A DNA stretch of 64,000 nt from an uncultured Aminicenantes bacterium (GCA_965195285.1 CBDAFS010000009.1:28860-92859); one strand, 5' to 3'; numbered from the stretch's first letter, positions 18,610-29,951 are shown. Made by a program: numbers and translations. The notes: generated by a model not told the origin, from the letters alone.

Positions 18610-19860
18610 ATGAGGTTTTTAAGAAAAATACTTGATCGACATGGAAAATTATATGAAAAAGGGAGGAAATTGGAAAAGCTATATCCCCTTTATGAAGCGC
18701 TTGATAATTTCATGTTTACATCCGGGAAAGTGACCTGTTCGCCACCCCATATACGGGATGTCAATGATTTTAAGCGGGTCATGATGATGGTGGTATATGC
18801 ATTGATTCCAACGGTTATAATGGCTCTCTATAACACGGGGTACCAGGCAAATCTGATTTTTTCCCAACTGGGGAAAGTAGCGACTTCCGGATGGCGGATT
18901 GACCTGATTACTACTTTGGGTATCGGCTTTGACCCGGGGAATATTTTCGCCAACATTTTTCACGGTGCTCTCTATTTTTTCCCGATATACGCGGTTACTA
19001 TGGCATTGGGTGGATTCTGGGAAGTAGTGTTTGCGGTTGTCAGAAAACACGAGATTCAGGAAGGATTTCTGGTAACCGGATTGTTGTTCCCCTTGATTCT
19101 CCCCCCGGCCATTCCTCTCTGGCAAGTGGCCATCGGAATTTCCTTTGGCATAGTAATCGGCAAGGAAGTATTTGGTGGTGTGGGAATGAATATCCTGAAC
19201 CCGGCACTAACGGCCCGGGCTTTTTTATTTTTTGCCTATCCGCTGAAAATATCAGGTGATGCCGTTTGGGCTGCGGTTGATGGATTAAGCATGGCAACGC
19301 CACTGGCCGTTGTTTCTGAAAGAGGGGTAAGTGCACTGGGCAAGATTCCCGGAATTGTCCAGGGAATTGAATTGGAGCCACTGGCGGTCACATTCAAGGA
19401 TGCCTTTCTGGGATTTATCCCCGGATCAATGGGAGAAACATCCACCCTGGCCTGCCTAATCGGGGCCATGATTTTGATTGTTTCTGGTATCGGCTCCTGG
19501 AGAATAATGGTGAGTGTGTTGGCGGGTATGGTGGGCTTATCGCTTTTATTTAATCTCATTGGTAGCGGAACCAATCCCATGTTTTTTCTGTCACCGCACT
19601 GGCATCTGGTTCTCGGGGGATTTGCTTTCGGTACTGTTTTCATGGCCACGGACCCGGTTAGCGCTGCGGTGACCAATAAAGGCAAGTATTTATACGGTTT
19701 TCTGATCGGGATTTTAGTGGTATTAATTCGGGTTCTTAATCCGGCATTTCCAGAAGGTATGATGCTCGCTATTCTGTTCGCGAATGTGTTCGCATCGATC
19801 ATCGACAGGTTTTTTATCAATTCCAATATAAAGAGGAGGTTGCTCCGAAATGAGCAATGA
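18610..19860 (+). CDS. nqrB: Na+-NQR subunit B
   Basis: GKEVFGG, SMATPL flavinylation site, GSMGETS, FMATDP, PEGMMLAILF. Confidence 0.95.
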   Translation: MRFLRKILDRHGKLYEKGRKLEKLYPLYEALDNFMFTSGKVTCSPPHIRDVNDFKRVMMMVVYALIPTVIMALYNTGYQANLIFSQLGKVATSGWRIDLITTLGIGFDPGNIFANIFHGALYFFPIYAVTMALGGFWEVVFAVVRKHEIQEGFLVTGLLFPLILPPAIPLWQVAIGISFGIVIGKEVFGGVGMNILNPALTARAFLFFAYPLKISGDAVWAAVDGLSMATPLAVVSERGVSALGKIPGIVQGIELEPLAVTFKDAFLGFIPGSMGETSTLACLIGAMILIVSGIGSWRIMVSVLAGMVGLSLLFNLIGSGTNPMFFLSPHWHLVLGGFAFGTVFMATDPVSAAVTNKGKYLYGFLIGILVVLIRVLNPAFPEGMMLAILFANVFASIIDRFFINSNIKRRLLRNEQ

Positions 19861-20656
19861 TTCAATAGGGAAAACAATTCTGGTGGCACTGGCGGTTTGT
19901 GTGATCTGGTCATTGTTGGTCTCTACGGCTGCGATTACATTAAAACCAATCCAAGATCAAAATAAAAAAATTGAAAAAATGAAGAATATAATTGCTGTGG
20001 GTGGTTTAATGGATGTGGATAAGGATATCGAAGATATTTATAAGGGTCACATTGACTCCAGAATAGTGGACTTAGAAACCGGAAAATATCTACCCAAAGA
20101 CAAACAAGTGGGACTCTTGAATCCGGAAGTATATAACATAAAAAAAGTGGCCAAGGATCCTGAATTAGGAAAGTTGATTCCCCGGAACAAGGACAGGGCC
20201 CGGATCAGAAGAATGCCTAAATTTGTTCCGGTGTACTTTGTGAAAAAGGACGAAAAGGTTAGCAGAATCATCTTTCCGGTCTATGGCAGTGGTTTATGGT
20301 CTACCATGTATGGTTTTATTGCCCTGGACCGGGATTTGAATACAATAAAGGGTTTTACTTTTTATGAACATGGAGAGACTCCCGGTTTGGGAGGTGAAGT
20401 TGATAATCCGCAATGGAAGGCTTTATGGAAAGGGAAGTTGGCTTTTGATGAAAATAATAGGCTTCGGATTGAGGTTATAAAGGGGAAGGTAGATATATTG
20501 AAGCTGGAGTCAAAATATCAGGTAGATGGATTATCCGGTTCAACTCTGACCACCAATGGTGTGAATAATCTGGTACGATTCTGGCTCGGCGAGGATGGAT
20601 TTGCGATGTTTATACAAGAACTCAGGAGAGGAGGGTTTGATGGGAAAGTACAGTAA
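19850..20656 (+). CDS. nqrC: Na+-NQR subunit C
   Basis: [27 protein letters not shown]. Confidence 0.95.
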   Translation: MSNDSIGKTILVALAVCVIWSLLVSTAAITLKPIQDQNKKIEKMKNIIAVGGLMDVDKDIEDIYKGHIDSRIVDLETGKYLPKDKQVGLLNPEVYNIKKVAKDPELGKLIPRNKDRARIRRMPKFVPVYFVKKDEKVSRIIFPVYGSGLWSTMYGFIALDRDLNTIKGFTFYEHGETPGLGGEVDNPQWKALWKGKLAFDENNRLRIEVIKGKVDILKLESKYQVDGLSGSTLTTNGVNNLVRFWLGEDGFAMFIQELRRGGFDGKVQ

Positions 20657-21260
20657 GATATTATTCGACCCCATTCTAAATAACAATCCAATCACTCTGG
20701 GGGTGCTGGGGATATGTTCTGCCCTGGCTGTTACTTCAAAAATGGAGACATCGGTGGTGATGTCGCTGGCAGTCATATTTGTCCTGGCTTTCTCCAATCT
20801 ATCGATTAGTTTGATCCGGAATCATGTGCCAACCAATATACGAATAATTGTTGAGATGACGATTATTGCTTCTCTGGTTATAATCGCTGATGAGGTGATC
20901 AAGGCATATCTTCCGGAAATCAGCAAGCAATTATCAGTTTATGTGGGATTGATCATTACCAATTGCATTATTATGGGAAGAGCCGAGGCTTATGCACTTC
21001 AGAATCCTCCCTGGAAGAGTTTTTTGGATGGTGTGGGAAACGGCTTGGGATACACTTTTATTTTAATTGCCGTTGCTTTTGTTAGAGAATTATTCGGATC
21101 CGGGAAACTCATGGGATTCTCTGTTTTTCAATTAAGCACAGAGGGAGGCTGGTATAGTCCCAATGGTATGTTATTAACCCCTGCCAGTGCCTTTTTCCTT
21201 ATTGGTTTTATTATTTGGATTATCCGGACCTTTAGAAAAGAACAAGTGGAAGAGGCATAA
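20640..21260 (+). CDS. nqrD: Na+-NQR subunit D
   Basis: [26 protein letters not shown]; ATG 20640. Confidence 0.95.
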   Translation: MGKYSKILFDPILNNNPITLGVLGICSALAVTSKMETSVVMSLAVIFVLAFSNLSISLIRNHVPTNIRIIVEMTIIASLVIIADEVIKAYLPEISKQLSVYVGLIITNCIIMGRAEAYALQNPPWKSFLDGVGNGLGYTFILIAVAFVRELFGSGKLMGFSVFQLSTEGGWYSPNGMLLTPASAFFLIGFIIWIIRTFRKEQVEEA

Positions 21261-21261
21261 A

Positions 21262-21873
21262 ATGCTTGAGCACTATCTTAGCCTTTTTGTCAAATCGATT
21301 TTCGTGGAAAATATAGCTCTGGCCCTCTTTCTGGGTATGTGCACATTTCTGGCTGTATCCAAAAGAGTTGAAACTGCCACCGGACTGGGCATAGCGGTTG
21401 TTGTTGTTCAGGCCATTACCGTTCCGGTTAACAACCTGATATTTCATAATTTGTTAAAAGAGGGATCATTGGGCTGGCTTGGTCTGGGGAAGGTTGATCT
21501 TACCTTCCTCCGCTTGATCACCTTCATCGGTGTTATTGCCGCAATGGTACATATTCTGGAGATGATTTTGGATAAATTCTTTCCCAAGTTATACAATGCC
21601 CTGGGGATATTCCTCCCTCTTATTACGGTAAATTGCGCCATCTTGGGAGGCTCTCTTTTTATGGTGCAATTTGAGTATGATTTTGTTGAAAGTGTGATTT
21701 TTGGATTCGGTTCCGGTATCGGTTGGGCATTGGCCATCATTGCTCTTGCCGGGATCAGGGAGAGAATGAAGTACAGTAATGTCCCGGAAGGATTGAGAGG
21801 TTTAGGGATCACCTTTATTATGGTCGGACTGATGGCGATGGCTTTCATGATATTTTCTGGAATTCAATTGTAA
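21262..21873 (+). CDS. nqrE: Na+-NQR subunit E
   Basis: [32 protein letters not shown]; ATG 21262. Confidence 0.95.
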   Translation: MLEHYLSLFVKSIFVENIALALFLGMCTFLAVSKRVETATGLGIAVVVVQAITVPVNNLIFHNLLKEGSLGWLGLGKVDLTFLRLITFIGVIAAMVHILEMILDKFFPKLYNALGIFLPLITVNCAILGGSLFMVQFEYDFVESVIFGFGSGIGWALAIIALAGIRERMKYSNVPEGLRGLGITFIMVGLMAMAFMIFSGIQL

Positions 21874-21906
21874 CCCCCATGATTATGAAAAAGCGAGGGT
21901 AATGCA

Positions 21907-23139
21907 ATGAGCATGATAGGATTGATACTTCTTGGTAGTTTCATGTTTACCTTTATTGTTTTGGCCTTGGTGCTGCTTATATTACTGGCAAAATCCAAAC
22001 TGGTTGCATCCGGAAATGTGAACATTGTCATTAATGAGGATGTGGATAAAAGTGTGATCGTACCGATTGGGGGGAAATTGATTGGAGCCCTTGCGGATAA
22101 AAAGATATTTGTTCCCTCTGGTTGTGGGGGAGGTGGTACTTGTGGTACCTGTCGGGTAATAGTCACGGAAGGAGGAGGCACTATTCTGCCAACCGAGCGT
22201 TCCTTGATTAACCGAAAGGATGCCCGGGATGGTTTTCGTCTTGCCTGTCAGGTTCCCGTAAAGGGAGACATGCGAATAAAACTTTCCCCGGAAATACTTG
22301 AAGCTGAAAAATGGATATGTACCATCAGGGCCAACCACAATGTGGCTACCTTTATAAAAGAACTGATCCTGGAACTTCCTGAAAAGCAGGAGGTTAATTT
22401 TCGGGCCGGCGGATACATTCAGATCGAAGCCCCGGCACACAAAATAAACTACCGGGATTTTAACATCGAACCCGAGTACCAGCCTGAATGGGATAAAAAT
22501 AATATGTGGCGTTATGTTTCCAGGATTGATGAGTCTATTTCCCGCGCTTATTCCATGGCCAATTATCCTGAGGAAAAGGGAATAATCATGCTGAATATCA
22601 GGATTGCCAACCCACCACCGGAAAAACCCAAAGCACCGCCCGGCCAGATGTCGTCATATTTGTTTGGGTTAAAACCTGGAGATGAGGTGATAATATCAGG
22701 GCCATATGGTGAATTTTTTGCCAAAGAGACCGAGAATGAAATGGTTTTTATCGGAGGCGGTGCAGGCATGGCTCCGATGCGATCACATATTTTTGATCAA
22801 TTGACACGCATCAAGACAAAAAGGAAAATAACCTTCTGGTATGGAGCCAGAAGTTTGAAGGAGATGTTTTACGTTGATGATTTCAATATCCTTCAGGAAA
22901 AATATGAAAATTTCAAATGGTATGTTGGTTTATCAGAATCCTTGCCGGAAGATAATTGGAGAGGTTATGTGGGATTTATTCACCAGATTGTTCATGATCA
23001 TTATTTAAATGAGCATCCGGCTCCTGAAGATTGTGAATATTATTTGTGCGGGCCTCCCTTGATGATTTCTGCCTGTTTAAAGATGCTGGATGAAATGGGC
23101 ATTGAAAGTGAAAGCATACTGCTTGATGAATTTGGTTGA
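21907..23139 (+). CDS. nqrF: Na+-NQR subunit F
   Basis: CGGGGTCGTC 2Fe-2S motif, [27 protein letters not shown]. Confidence 0.96.
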   Translation: MSMIGLILLGSFMFTFIVLALVLLILLAKSKLVASGNVNIVINEDVDKSVIVPIGGKLIGALADKKIFVPSGCGGGGTCGTCRVIVTEGGGTILPTERSLINRKDARDGFRLACQVPVKGDMRIKLSPEILEAEKWICTIRANHNVATFIKELILELPEKQEVNFRAGGYIQIEAPAHKINYRDFNIEPEYQPEWDKNNMWRYVSRIDESISRAYSMANYPEEKGIIMLNIRIANPPPEKPKAPPGQMSSYLFGLKPGDEVIISGPYGEFFAKETENEMVFIGGGAGMAPMRSHIFDQLTRIKTKRKITFWYGARSLKEMFYVDDFNILQEKYENFKWYVGLSESLPEDNWRGYVGFIHQIVHDHYLNEHPAPEDCEYYLCGPPLMISACLKMLDEMGIESESILLDEFG

Positions 23140-23186
23140 TTTATAACATTTTGGACAAACCCAGAATTTGAAAATGGGGTGTTAAA

Positions 23187-24263
23187 ATGGATAGACTCGA
23201 GACCAGTAAGAACAGAATAAAATTTTTTATTATAATCATATTGCTTCCTTTTGTTTTTGCCAGTTGCTCAAATGAGAAAGCCCAGGATAAATTGGTGGTT
23301 ATCAATGGGATAACCATGGGAACCACCTATACGGTTAAGCTTGTTAACGGTTTTAAATCAGCGGTGGCGGGTGAAAAGGTTGATTATTTTCTTTTAAAAA
23401 AGGGTATAACGCAGGTTCTGAAGCAAATCAACCAGCAAATGTCAATATTTATAAATGATTCGGAGATTTCTCAATTCAACCGTTTTAGAGGCTCAGATTG
23501 GTTCCGGACTTCTCTGGATACAGCTAGGGTTATAAAGCAGGCATTATCTGTGAGTGAAAAATCTAATGGAGCTTTTGATATAACCGTTGGTCCTTTGGTA
23601 AATTTGTGGGGATTTGGGACCAGAACTGTTGAAGGAATTCCTGATGAAGATGAAATAAAACAAAGTCTGAAAATCATTGGTTACAAAAATATATCCGTTC
23701 GGTTGTCGCCCCCTGCTGTAAAAAAGAGGATCAAAGAAATTTATTGTGATTTATCGGCAATTGCCAAAGGATTTGGAGTAGATAGATTGGCTGAATATTT
23801 GGATTCCGAAAAAATATCCTCTTATCTCATTGAGATCGGCGGTGAGGTTCGGGCCAGAGGGAAAAACAATTATAACAAATGGTGGCGGATAGGAATCGCT
23901 TCCCCTACCAACACGTTTGGTATCCAGAAAGTGATTGATCTGAAGAACCGGTCAATGGCGACTTCAGGCGATTATCGGAATTACTTTGAAAAAGACGGGA
24001 TCCGGTATTCTCATACGATTAATCCTAAAACCGGAAGACCCATTTCGCATAATCTGGCCTCGGTTACGGTTATTGATGATTCCTGTCTGGTTGCAGATGC
24101 CCTGGCGACTGCAATCAATGTTTTGGGACCGGATAAGGGTTATGATTTTGCTTTAAAAGAAGATCTGGCTGTTTTTTTTGTCCAAAAGGCAGATAATGGA
24201 TTTATAGAAAAATCAACTCCGAAATTTGAAAAAATTTTGGATTCCCGAGGAGATCAAAATTAA
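23187..24263 (+). CDS. apbE: FAD:protein FMN transferase ApbE (lipoprotein)
   Basis: FASC lipobox, MGTTY, DLSAIAKG, ATSGDYRNY, SHTINP, ADALATA. Confidence 0.93.
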   Translation: MDRLETSKNRIKFFIIIILLPFVFASCSNEKAQDKLVVINGITMGTTYTVKLVNGFKSAVAGEKVDYFLLKKGITQVLKQINQQMSIFINDSEISQFNRFRGSDWFRTSLDTARVIKQALSVSEKSNGAFDITVGPLVNLWGFGTRTVEGIPDEDEIKQSLKIIGYKNISVRLSPPAVKKRIKEIYCDLSAIAKGFGVDRLAEYLDSEKISSYLIEIGGEVRARGKNNYNKWWRIGIASPTNTFGIQKVIDLKNRSMATSGDYRNYFEKDGIRYSHTINPKTGRPISHNLASVTVIDDSCLVADALATAINVLGPDKGYDFALKEDLAVFFVQKADNGFIEKSTPKFEKILDSRGDQN

Positions 24264-24459
24264 TCCGATATTGGTGTACTTTTTTTCTTTTATTACTATG
24301 TTCATAATGGGGTGGGTTTTATATTTCTCCGGATATAGAAAGAGGAAATCAACTTCTTGTGAAATGTGTGGAAGAGACTTAAGAACTAAGGGAGACGAAT
24401 CAACAACACAAAGCTGTCTGGAAAATGAGGGATGTTCCGCAAAAAAGATTAGGAATTAG
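24259..24459 (+). CDS. NqrM-like small membrane protein (single TM plus Cys-rich tail)
   Basis: TM segment then SCEMCG...C...C directly after apbE; start codon uncertain (ATT 24259, TTG 24271 or GTG 24274). Confidence 0.5.
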   Translation: MNPILVYFFSFITMFIMGWVLYFSGYRKRKSTSCEMCGRDLRTKGDESTTQSCLENEGCSAKKIRN

Positions 24460-25007
24460 TCTTCGTTAATAGTGGTTTCCTCAAAGGTATAACTTCCAGA
24501 GGTCGTAATCTCATGGAGGTTTCCATTTTGATCGGAGATGGTCATTTCAGCAATGATCTGGGTGGGGATATAGGGTTTAAAGATAAAAACATCATCGGCA
24601 AGTGCATTGGTCAGAAAGGGTTGCGGAGTTCCGATGAAAATCTCTATGATATCATCCCCCGGTACTACCAAGCCATCTGAAATGGTGAGTTTATAATGTT
24701 GGTAATTGTTTTGATTGATTTCTAAAATGGTTACAATGTCACGCTTTATTTTAAAGGACCAGCTGGTTATAGTAGCGGTAACATTGGTGTGATTACGAAT
24801 CGCCGCATAAAGATTAATACTGGTGAGTATTTTGTTTTCCTGATTTTGATTTTTGGGAATCACGGTTGCCTGTAAGGAATAGCCGGATGTGTTTTCAATG
24901 GAAAAATCATAAACAATGGTATCTTCATCTGTGGTTTTGCAACTACCCATAATCAACAAAGACAAAATGGCCAGCGTAATTGAGAAAAGCAAAGTCATTT
25001 TTTTCAT
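24456..25007 (-). CDS. Hypothetical lipoprotein
   Basis: Signal peptide ending in IMGSC lipobox; GGAGG RBS. Confidence 0.7.
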   Translation of the reverse strand: MKKMTLLFSITLAILSLLIMGSCKTTDEDTIVYDFSIENTSGYSLQATVIPKNQNQENKILTSINLYAAIRNHTNVTATITSWSFKIKRDIVTILEINQNNYQHYKLTISDGLVVPGDDIIEIFIGTPQPFLTNALADDVFIFKPYIPTQIIAEMTISDQNGNLHEITTSGSYTFEETTINED

Positions 25008-25195
25008 AACAGCCTCCTGTATATTCTACCAAATAAAGTGGTTCTATAATAAACCTACATTATGTGTTACGGTGAAAAATGAAAAAAGTTTTTCCGGACT
25101 GGGTTTTTTCAAAAAAAAACAGAACCAACCCGAACCCAATTCCGTATATACAATACCAGGATGGGATAAACGACCTGACCTGAAAGGAGTCATGA

Positions 25196-25813
25196 ATGAG
25201 AAAACTTGCTTTTATACTTTTGTTCATTGTGATATTGGCGACATGGAATTTTTCATCTGATTTTTCTGTTAATCTGAATATTAATTATAACTATGGCTTG
25301 TCTGATTTTTTTGATGCATCCCAGTTGTTTTTTTCATATGAGGGTAAAAACTTTGTGGAGCGGAGACACAACTATCTGGGCTTCGGATTTAATGTTAGTG
25401 TAACCATTCCAGTGATTAAAAAATTGTATGTGGTTCCCGGTTTTACCATCAAGTACGGATACCAGGATTATGAATATAGAGAATTAACCGATGATACCGA
25501 GGCCGAACCTGAAAAAAACACTTTTTTCTTCAATATAGTCTCGGGAGAGGTAAATCTGGTTTATGACCTGTTGAGTTTCAATAAATACTGGTGTTTGCAG
25601 ATTCTGGCCGGATTGACTTATAACCATTTTTCAGCGGATGAGGAAATGAGGCTGGAGGACAAAAATTATTGGGGATTTCATCCGGGTATTGGACTGAAAT
25701 TTCTACAGATGAAACATTTTGGTTTTCGACTGGTTGTTTTTTATGATATACCCTTTGATTCGGAAATCTTCTCCTATATTAATACCTATGTGGGAGTGAT
25801 GTACCGGTTTTAA
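25196..25813 (+). CDS. Outer-membrane beta-barrel protein
   Basis: Signal peptide, alternating aromatic/hydrophobic strands, C-terminal YRF. Confidence 0.7.
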   Translation: MRKLAFILLFIVILATWNFSSDFSVNLNINYNYGLSDFFDASQLFFSYEGKNFVERRHNYLGFGFNVSVTIPVIKKLYVVPGFTIKYGYQDYEYRELTDDTEAEPEKNTFFFNIVSGEVNLVYDLLSFNKYWCLQILAGLTYNHFSADEEMRLEDKNYWGFHPGIGLKFLQMKHFGFRLVVFYDIPFDSEIFSYINTYVGVMYRF

Positions 25814-25814
25814 T

Positions 25815-27338
25815 TTACTCCAGACTCCCAACCTCTTTCTCGACTTCCTCAAGAATTTCACATGAGTTGACCAGTTTCTTCATAACCGTGTGATCTGGAT
25901 AAAGTGGCCGGTCAATCTCCAGGAAATCCACATATTTGCGAATAATCTCTTTGGCTTTTACCACTCCCCGTCCAAAATTGTACTCTCTGAAATCCAGGGC
26001 CTGGGCGGCTGCCATAAATTCAATTCCCAGTATACCATAGGCGTTATCCAGTATTTGAAAATTCTTAATGGCGGTATTCATTCCCATGGAGACAAAATCC
26101 TCCTGATCCGCTGCTGCCGGAATGGATTGTATTGAGGCCGGCATTGAGAGTATCCGCTGTTCCACGATTTGCATGTCAGCTGTATACTGGCTTAACATCA
26201 ACCCGGAAAACATTCCTGCTCCCTTGGTTAAAAATGCTGGCAGGCCGACACTCAGGGCCGGGTTATTGAGTCGATTCATTCTTCGTTCGGATAATACACT
26301 GACCATGGTGATGGCTATGCCGGCCATATCCATGGGCAGGGATACCGGAGATCCCTGGAAGTTGGCCCCGGTCAATTGCAGGTTTTCTTCGGGGAAAAAG
26401 ATGGGATTGTCACCCACCCCGTTCAGTTCGATTTCAACCTGGGACCGGGCATAGTTCAGTGCATCATGGGCGGCTCCGATAACCTGAGGTGTAGAACGCA
26501 TGGAATAGGCATCCTGAACCTTGCATTTGATTTTTCCCTTAATCAGATCTCCACCCTGGATGCAGGCGTTGATGGCCCGGGCGCATCGAATGGCACCGGA
26601 GAATCCACGGACTTCATGAAGTTTGGGCGTATATGGCTTCATGTTTGCCTTCAATGCTTCCAGGGACATGGAGGTGGCAATTTCAGCCTGTTTAAGCCAT
26701 CGGTTGGCATCATACAGGAATATGGCGCTCATGGCAGTCAGTAAATTGGATCCGTTTATGGTGGCCAGGCCATCTCTGGCTTCCAATCCTGGGATGGGAA
26801 TCCCGGCCTTTTCCATGGCTTCTTTGCCTTCCAGCAGTGTTCCCTGGTAATAGGCCTCCCCCTCGCCGAGTAAAAGCAGTGCAATCTGGGACATGGGTGC
26901 CAGGTCACCGCAGGCACCAACCGAACCCTTCTGGCAAACATAGGGTGTTACCCCCTTGTTTAACATGTCCACTAGGGTTTGGGCAATCACCGGGCGACAG
27001 CCTGAGTTTCCTTTGGAGAGCACGTTGATCCGGCTGGCCATGGCCCCCCGCACGTATTCGATGGGTGCAGGGTCTCCAATACCGGCCGCATGGTTGTATA
27101 TCAGGTATTTTTGAAAATCCTTGATCTGGTCATCGTTGAGAACAACCTCTGAGAATTCTCCGATCCCCGTATTCACACCATACATGATTTCTCGAGCGAC
27201 TATTTTCTTTTCCAGCATAGTCCTGCATTTTTGTATCCTTTCAATGGCTTCCGGATGAAGCTCAACCTGTTGGTTATGACGGGCGATCTGAACCAGCTTT
27301 TCAATGGCCAGGCCTGAACCGTTGAGAATAATTGGCAT
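25815..27338 (-). CDS. Aromatic amino acid ammonia-lyase family protein with Ala-Cys-Gly at the MIO position
   Basis: YGVNTGIG, GSVGACGDL, QDAYSMR, DNP, ANFQG, QEDFVSMG. Confidence 0.88.
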   Translation of the reverse strand: MPIILNGSGLAIEKLVQIARHNQQVELHPEAIERIQKCRTMLEKKIVAREIMYGVNTGIGEFSEVVLNDDQIKDFQKYLIYNHAAGIGDPAPIEYVRGAMASRINVLSKGNSGCRPVIAQTLVDMLNKGVTPYVCQKGSVGACGDLAPMSQIALLLLGEGEAYYQGTLLEGKEAMEKAGIPIPGLEARDGLATINGSNLLTAMSAIFLYDANRWLKQAEIATSMSLEALKANMKPYTPKLHEVRGFSGAIRCARAINACIQGGDLIKGKIKCKVQDAYSMRSTPQVIGAAHDALNYARSQVEIELNGVGDNPIFFPEENLQLTGANFQGSPVSLPMDMAGIAITMVSVLSERRMNRLNNPALSVGLPAFLTKGAGMFSGLMLSQYTADMQIVEQRILSMPASIQSIPAAADQEDFVSMGMNTAIKNFQILDNAYGILGIEFMAAAQALDFREYNFGRGVVKAKEIIRKYVDFLEIDRPLYPDHTVMKKLVNSCEILEEVEKEVGSLE

Positions 27339-27493
27339 TTTTGCCTCCTTTTATGGGAAAAAATTACAGACAGGATTTTTATTAAGCTCAATTATAAAGA
27401 TTATAATCGGAGTTGTCAACATGTTTTTCCCTTGAATTGTCAGAAGATTTTTTATAAAATAGATGGGTAATCCATTGAAATAAGGAATATGTT

Positions 27494-27961
27494 ATGTTTT
27501 CGGTATTGAAAAAATATTTTGTTTCCAGTGAAAAAGACAGCCGGGCTCCCGAAGTCAAATTGAAAGACAAAATTTTAGTCGCCACCTGTGTATTGATGCT
27601 TGAAATTGCCAAAAGTGATGATGAATTTGCTCCGGTGGAAATGAAAACCATTCGCCGTATACTCGAGACCGAACTGGAAATTCCGGGAAACAGTGTTGAG
27701 GAAATTCTGGCCATTGCGGAAAAGGACCGGACCAGCAGTACGGATATCTTTGAATACACCCATTTAATCAATCAGCATTTTTCCCGGGAAGAAAAAATAC
27801 AAATGGTGGAACGGTTCTGGAAAATCATATTTGCCGATGGCAGCTTTGACCAGTTTGAGGATTATATGGTTCATAAACTGGCGGATCTGCTCCGTCTGTC
27901 TCACGATGAGCTCATTTCAGCCAAGTTAAAGTTAAAACCCGAAAATATCAACAGCCGCTAA
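27494..27961 (+). CDS. TerB-family protein
   Basis: LMLEIAKSD..E, WKIIFADG..E, KLADLL. Confidence 0.75.
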   Translation: MFSVLKKYFVSSEKDSRAPEVKLKDKILVATCVLMLEIAKSDDEFAPVEMKTIRRILETELEIPGNSVEEILAIAEKDRTSSTDIFEYTHLINQHFSREEKIQMVERFWKIIFADGSFDQFEDYMVHKLADLLRLSHDELISAKLKLKPENINSR

Positions 27962-27970
27962 CAAAATGGT

Positions 27971-28240
27971 TTAGTGGTGTAGCTTTTGGAATTCATCTCT
28001 GCATTTCTTCGAGCAGAAGTAAACGGTTTCCTTTTCCCAGTTTAGTTTGATGGCCTGGCTTTCCGGGATATATGTTCCGCAAACCGGATCTTTTTTCATC
28101 TCTTCCATCGGTTTGGGGGATCCGGATTTTTTTTCTCTTTTAAGAAAACCGAAGAGGTCCCCTTTCCAAAATAGTCTGACCAGGAAGTACACAGCGGCTG
28201 CGATGATTAAAAATCTTAAGATTCGAATAATAAAAATCAT
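27971..28240 (-). CDS. Membrane-anchored YHS/TRASH domain protein
   Basis: DPVCGTYI...YFCSKKC. Confidence 0.8.
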   Translation of the reverse strand: MIFIIRILRFLIIAAAVYFLVRLFWKGDLFGFLKREKKSGSPKPMEEMKKDPVCGTYIPESQAIKLNWEKETVYFCSKKCRDEFQKLHH

Positions 28241-29751
28241 TGCAGGTCTTTCACGATATTTAACAGAGAATCATTGTTAATCATGTCAACAATTTCTTTG
28301 AAGTACAGATCGAGCCGGTGATCCTTTTCCAGAAATGGCACCTTCTGTCTGACTTTACTTTTTATCTTTTCAATGATTTTTGAACTTTTTAAAGTGTAGA
28401 AATCAAGCGCCTGCAATCCAACCATCAGTTCAATGGCTAATATATATTTGACGTTATGAATGATTTCCCGGGCAGTTCTGGCGCCAATGGTTCCCATACT
28501 GACATGGTCTTCCTGATTGGCAGAAGTGGGAATGTTGTCCACCGAGGAGGGGTGGGCCAGGGTGCGGTTTTCGGATGTGAGTGAGGTGGCGGTTATATGG
28601 GCAATCATGAATCCCGAATTCAGGCCATCATTTTGAATCAGAAACGGAGGCAATCCCATGTTGGTTGAGGGGTTGAGCAACCGATCGATTCGTCTTTCGG
28701 ACATGTTGCCTAGTTCGGTTATGACAATGGAAAGGAAATCCATGGCAAAAGCCACTGGTTCACCGTGAAAATTTCCACCGGATAAAATTAATTTTTTATC
28801 CGGGAAAATCAGGGGGTTTTCGGTTGCCGAATTGATTTCGACTTCCAGTATTTTCCGGACATGATTCAGGGTGTCTCTGATCGCTCCATGAACCTGAGGT
28901 ATGCAGCGGATTGAATAGGCATCCTGGATTTTTTTTTCACCCTGATGGGATATCCATAAAGGTGAATTTTTTATAAGTTTGAGTATGTTTCGACTGGTTG
29001 TCAATTGTCCCGGGTGGGGTCTGACCTGTTGAATTTCATCATAAAATGGTGAGGGATTTCCCAACTGGGCTTCGAAGGTCACGGCTCCGCCAATATCGGC
29101 GATTTTAACCAGTTTTTCAGCATCCAGTAAATTGAAAACCCCAATAGCGGTCATGACCTGGGTTCCGTTTATCAGGGCCAGGCCTTCCTTTTCTTTCAGG
29201 ATAACGGGCGATAACCCGGCTTGTTTCAGTGCGGTTCTGGCCCGGACCTTTTTTCCCCGGAAGCTGACGTATCCTTCTCCGATCAAAACTGAAGCCAAAT
29301 GGGACAGGGGAACCAGGTCACCGGATGCACCTACCGACCCTTTGGCGGGAATAAAGGGAACAAAATGATGATTGAGAAGGTCTAACAGGAGTTGAACCAG
29401 TTTCAGTCGAACCCCGCTGTTGCCCTTGGCCAGTACATTGGCTCGCAGCAATATGATTCCCCGAACGATTTCCTCCGGTAGAAAGTCACCCACACCGGCG
29501 GTATGACTCTTAATCAGGTTTTTCTGTAATCTCATCAGGTCTTTGTTATCGATTTTTTTAGTGGCCAGGGCCCCGAAACCGGTGTTGATACCATAGTAGG
29601 CCTTTTCAGACTTTATGAATTGTTCCAGGATTTTCCGGGAATGTTTGATTTTGGTGATGGCGGTTTCCGAGAGTTCAACTCTGGTTTTCATTTTGGCCAC
29701 CCTGAAAAATTCATCCAGGGTTAATTGGTCTCCATCAATTTTTATCAGCAT
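28237..29751 (-). CDS. hutH: Histidine ammonia-lyase
   Basis: YGINTGFG, SH specificity pair, GSVGASGDL (ASG MIO), QDAYSIRC, GGNFHG, NQEDHVSM. Confidence 0.92.
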   Translation of the reverse strand: MLIKIDGDQLTLDEFFRVAKMKTRVELSETAITKIKHSRKILEQFIKSEKAYYGINTGFGALATKKIDNKDLMRLQKNLIKSHTAGVGDFLPEEIVRGIILLRANVLAKGNSGVRLKLVQLLLDLLNHHFVPFIPAKGSVGASGDLVPLSHLASVLIGEGYVSFRGKKVRARTALKQAGLSPVILKEKEGLALINGTQVMTAIGVFNLLDAEKLVKIADIGGAVTFEAQLGNPSPFYDEIQQVRPHPGQLTTSRNILKLIKNSPLWISHQGEKKIQDAYSIRCIPQVHGAIRDTLNHVRKILEVEINSATENPLIFPDKKLILSGGNFHGEPVAFAMDFLSIVITELGNMSERRIDRLLNPSTNMGLPPFLIQNDGLNSGFMIAHITATSLTSENRTLAHPSSVDNIPTSANQEDHVSMGTIGARTAREIIHNVKYILAIELMVGLQALDFYTLKSSKIIEKIKSKVRQKVPFLEKDHRLDLYFKEIVDMINNDSLLNIVKDLQ

Positions 29752-29945
29752 ATTTTTGATTTCATTAAATAAACCAACAACAAACCAAATACGATAAGCA
29801 TAAGTCCGAGTATTCGCATCACATTGGTATCCAGCTGTTGAATTTGTAAAAGGTAGATTTTGATCTTATCCGGAAATAGAAAATAGGGCAACCCCTCTAT
29901 GACCATGACTGAACCGATAATTAAAATGATTAAATGGATATTCAT
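29745..29945 (-). CDS. DUF2065-family small membrane protein
   Basis: VIEGLPYFLFP...RILGL, two TM segments. Confidence 0.75.
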   Translation of the reverse strand: MNIHLIILIIGSVMVIEGLPYFLFPDKIKIYLLQIQQLDTNVMRILGLMLIVFGLLLVYLMKSKIC

Positions 29946-29951
29946 TTCACA

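Noticed and set aside
19236-19913. Long antisense ORFs (also 36406-36975, 48686-49294, 54104-54715, 58344-59000)
   Set aside because: All lie opposite well-supported genes and are explained by codon bias; no independent evidence.
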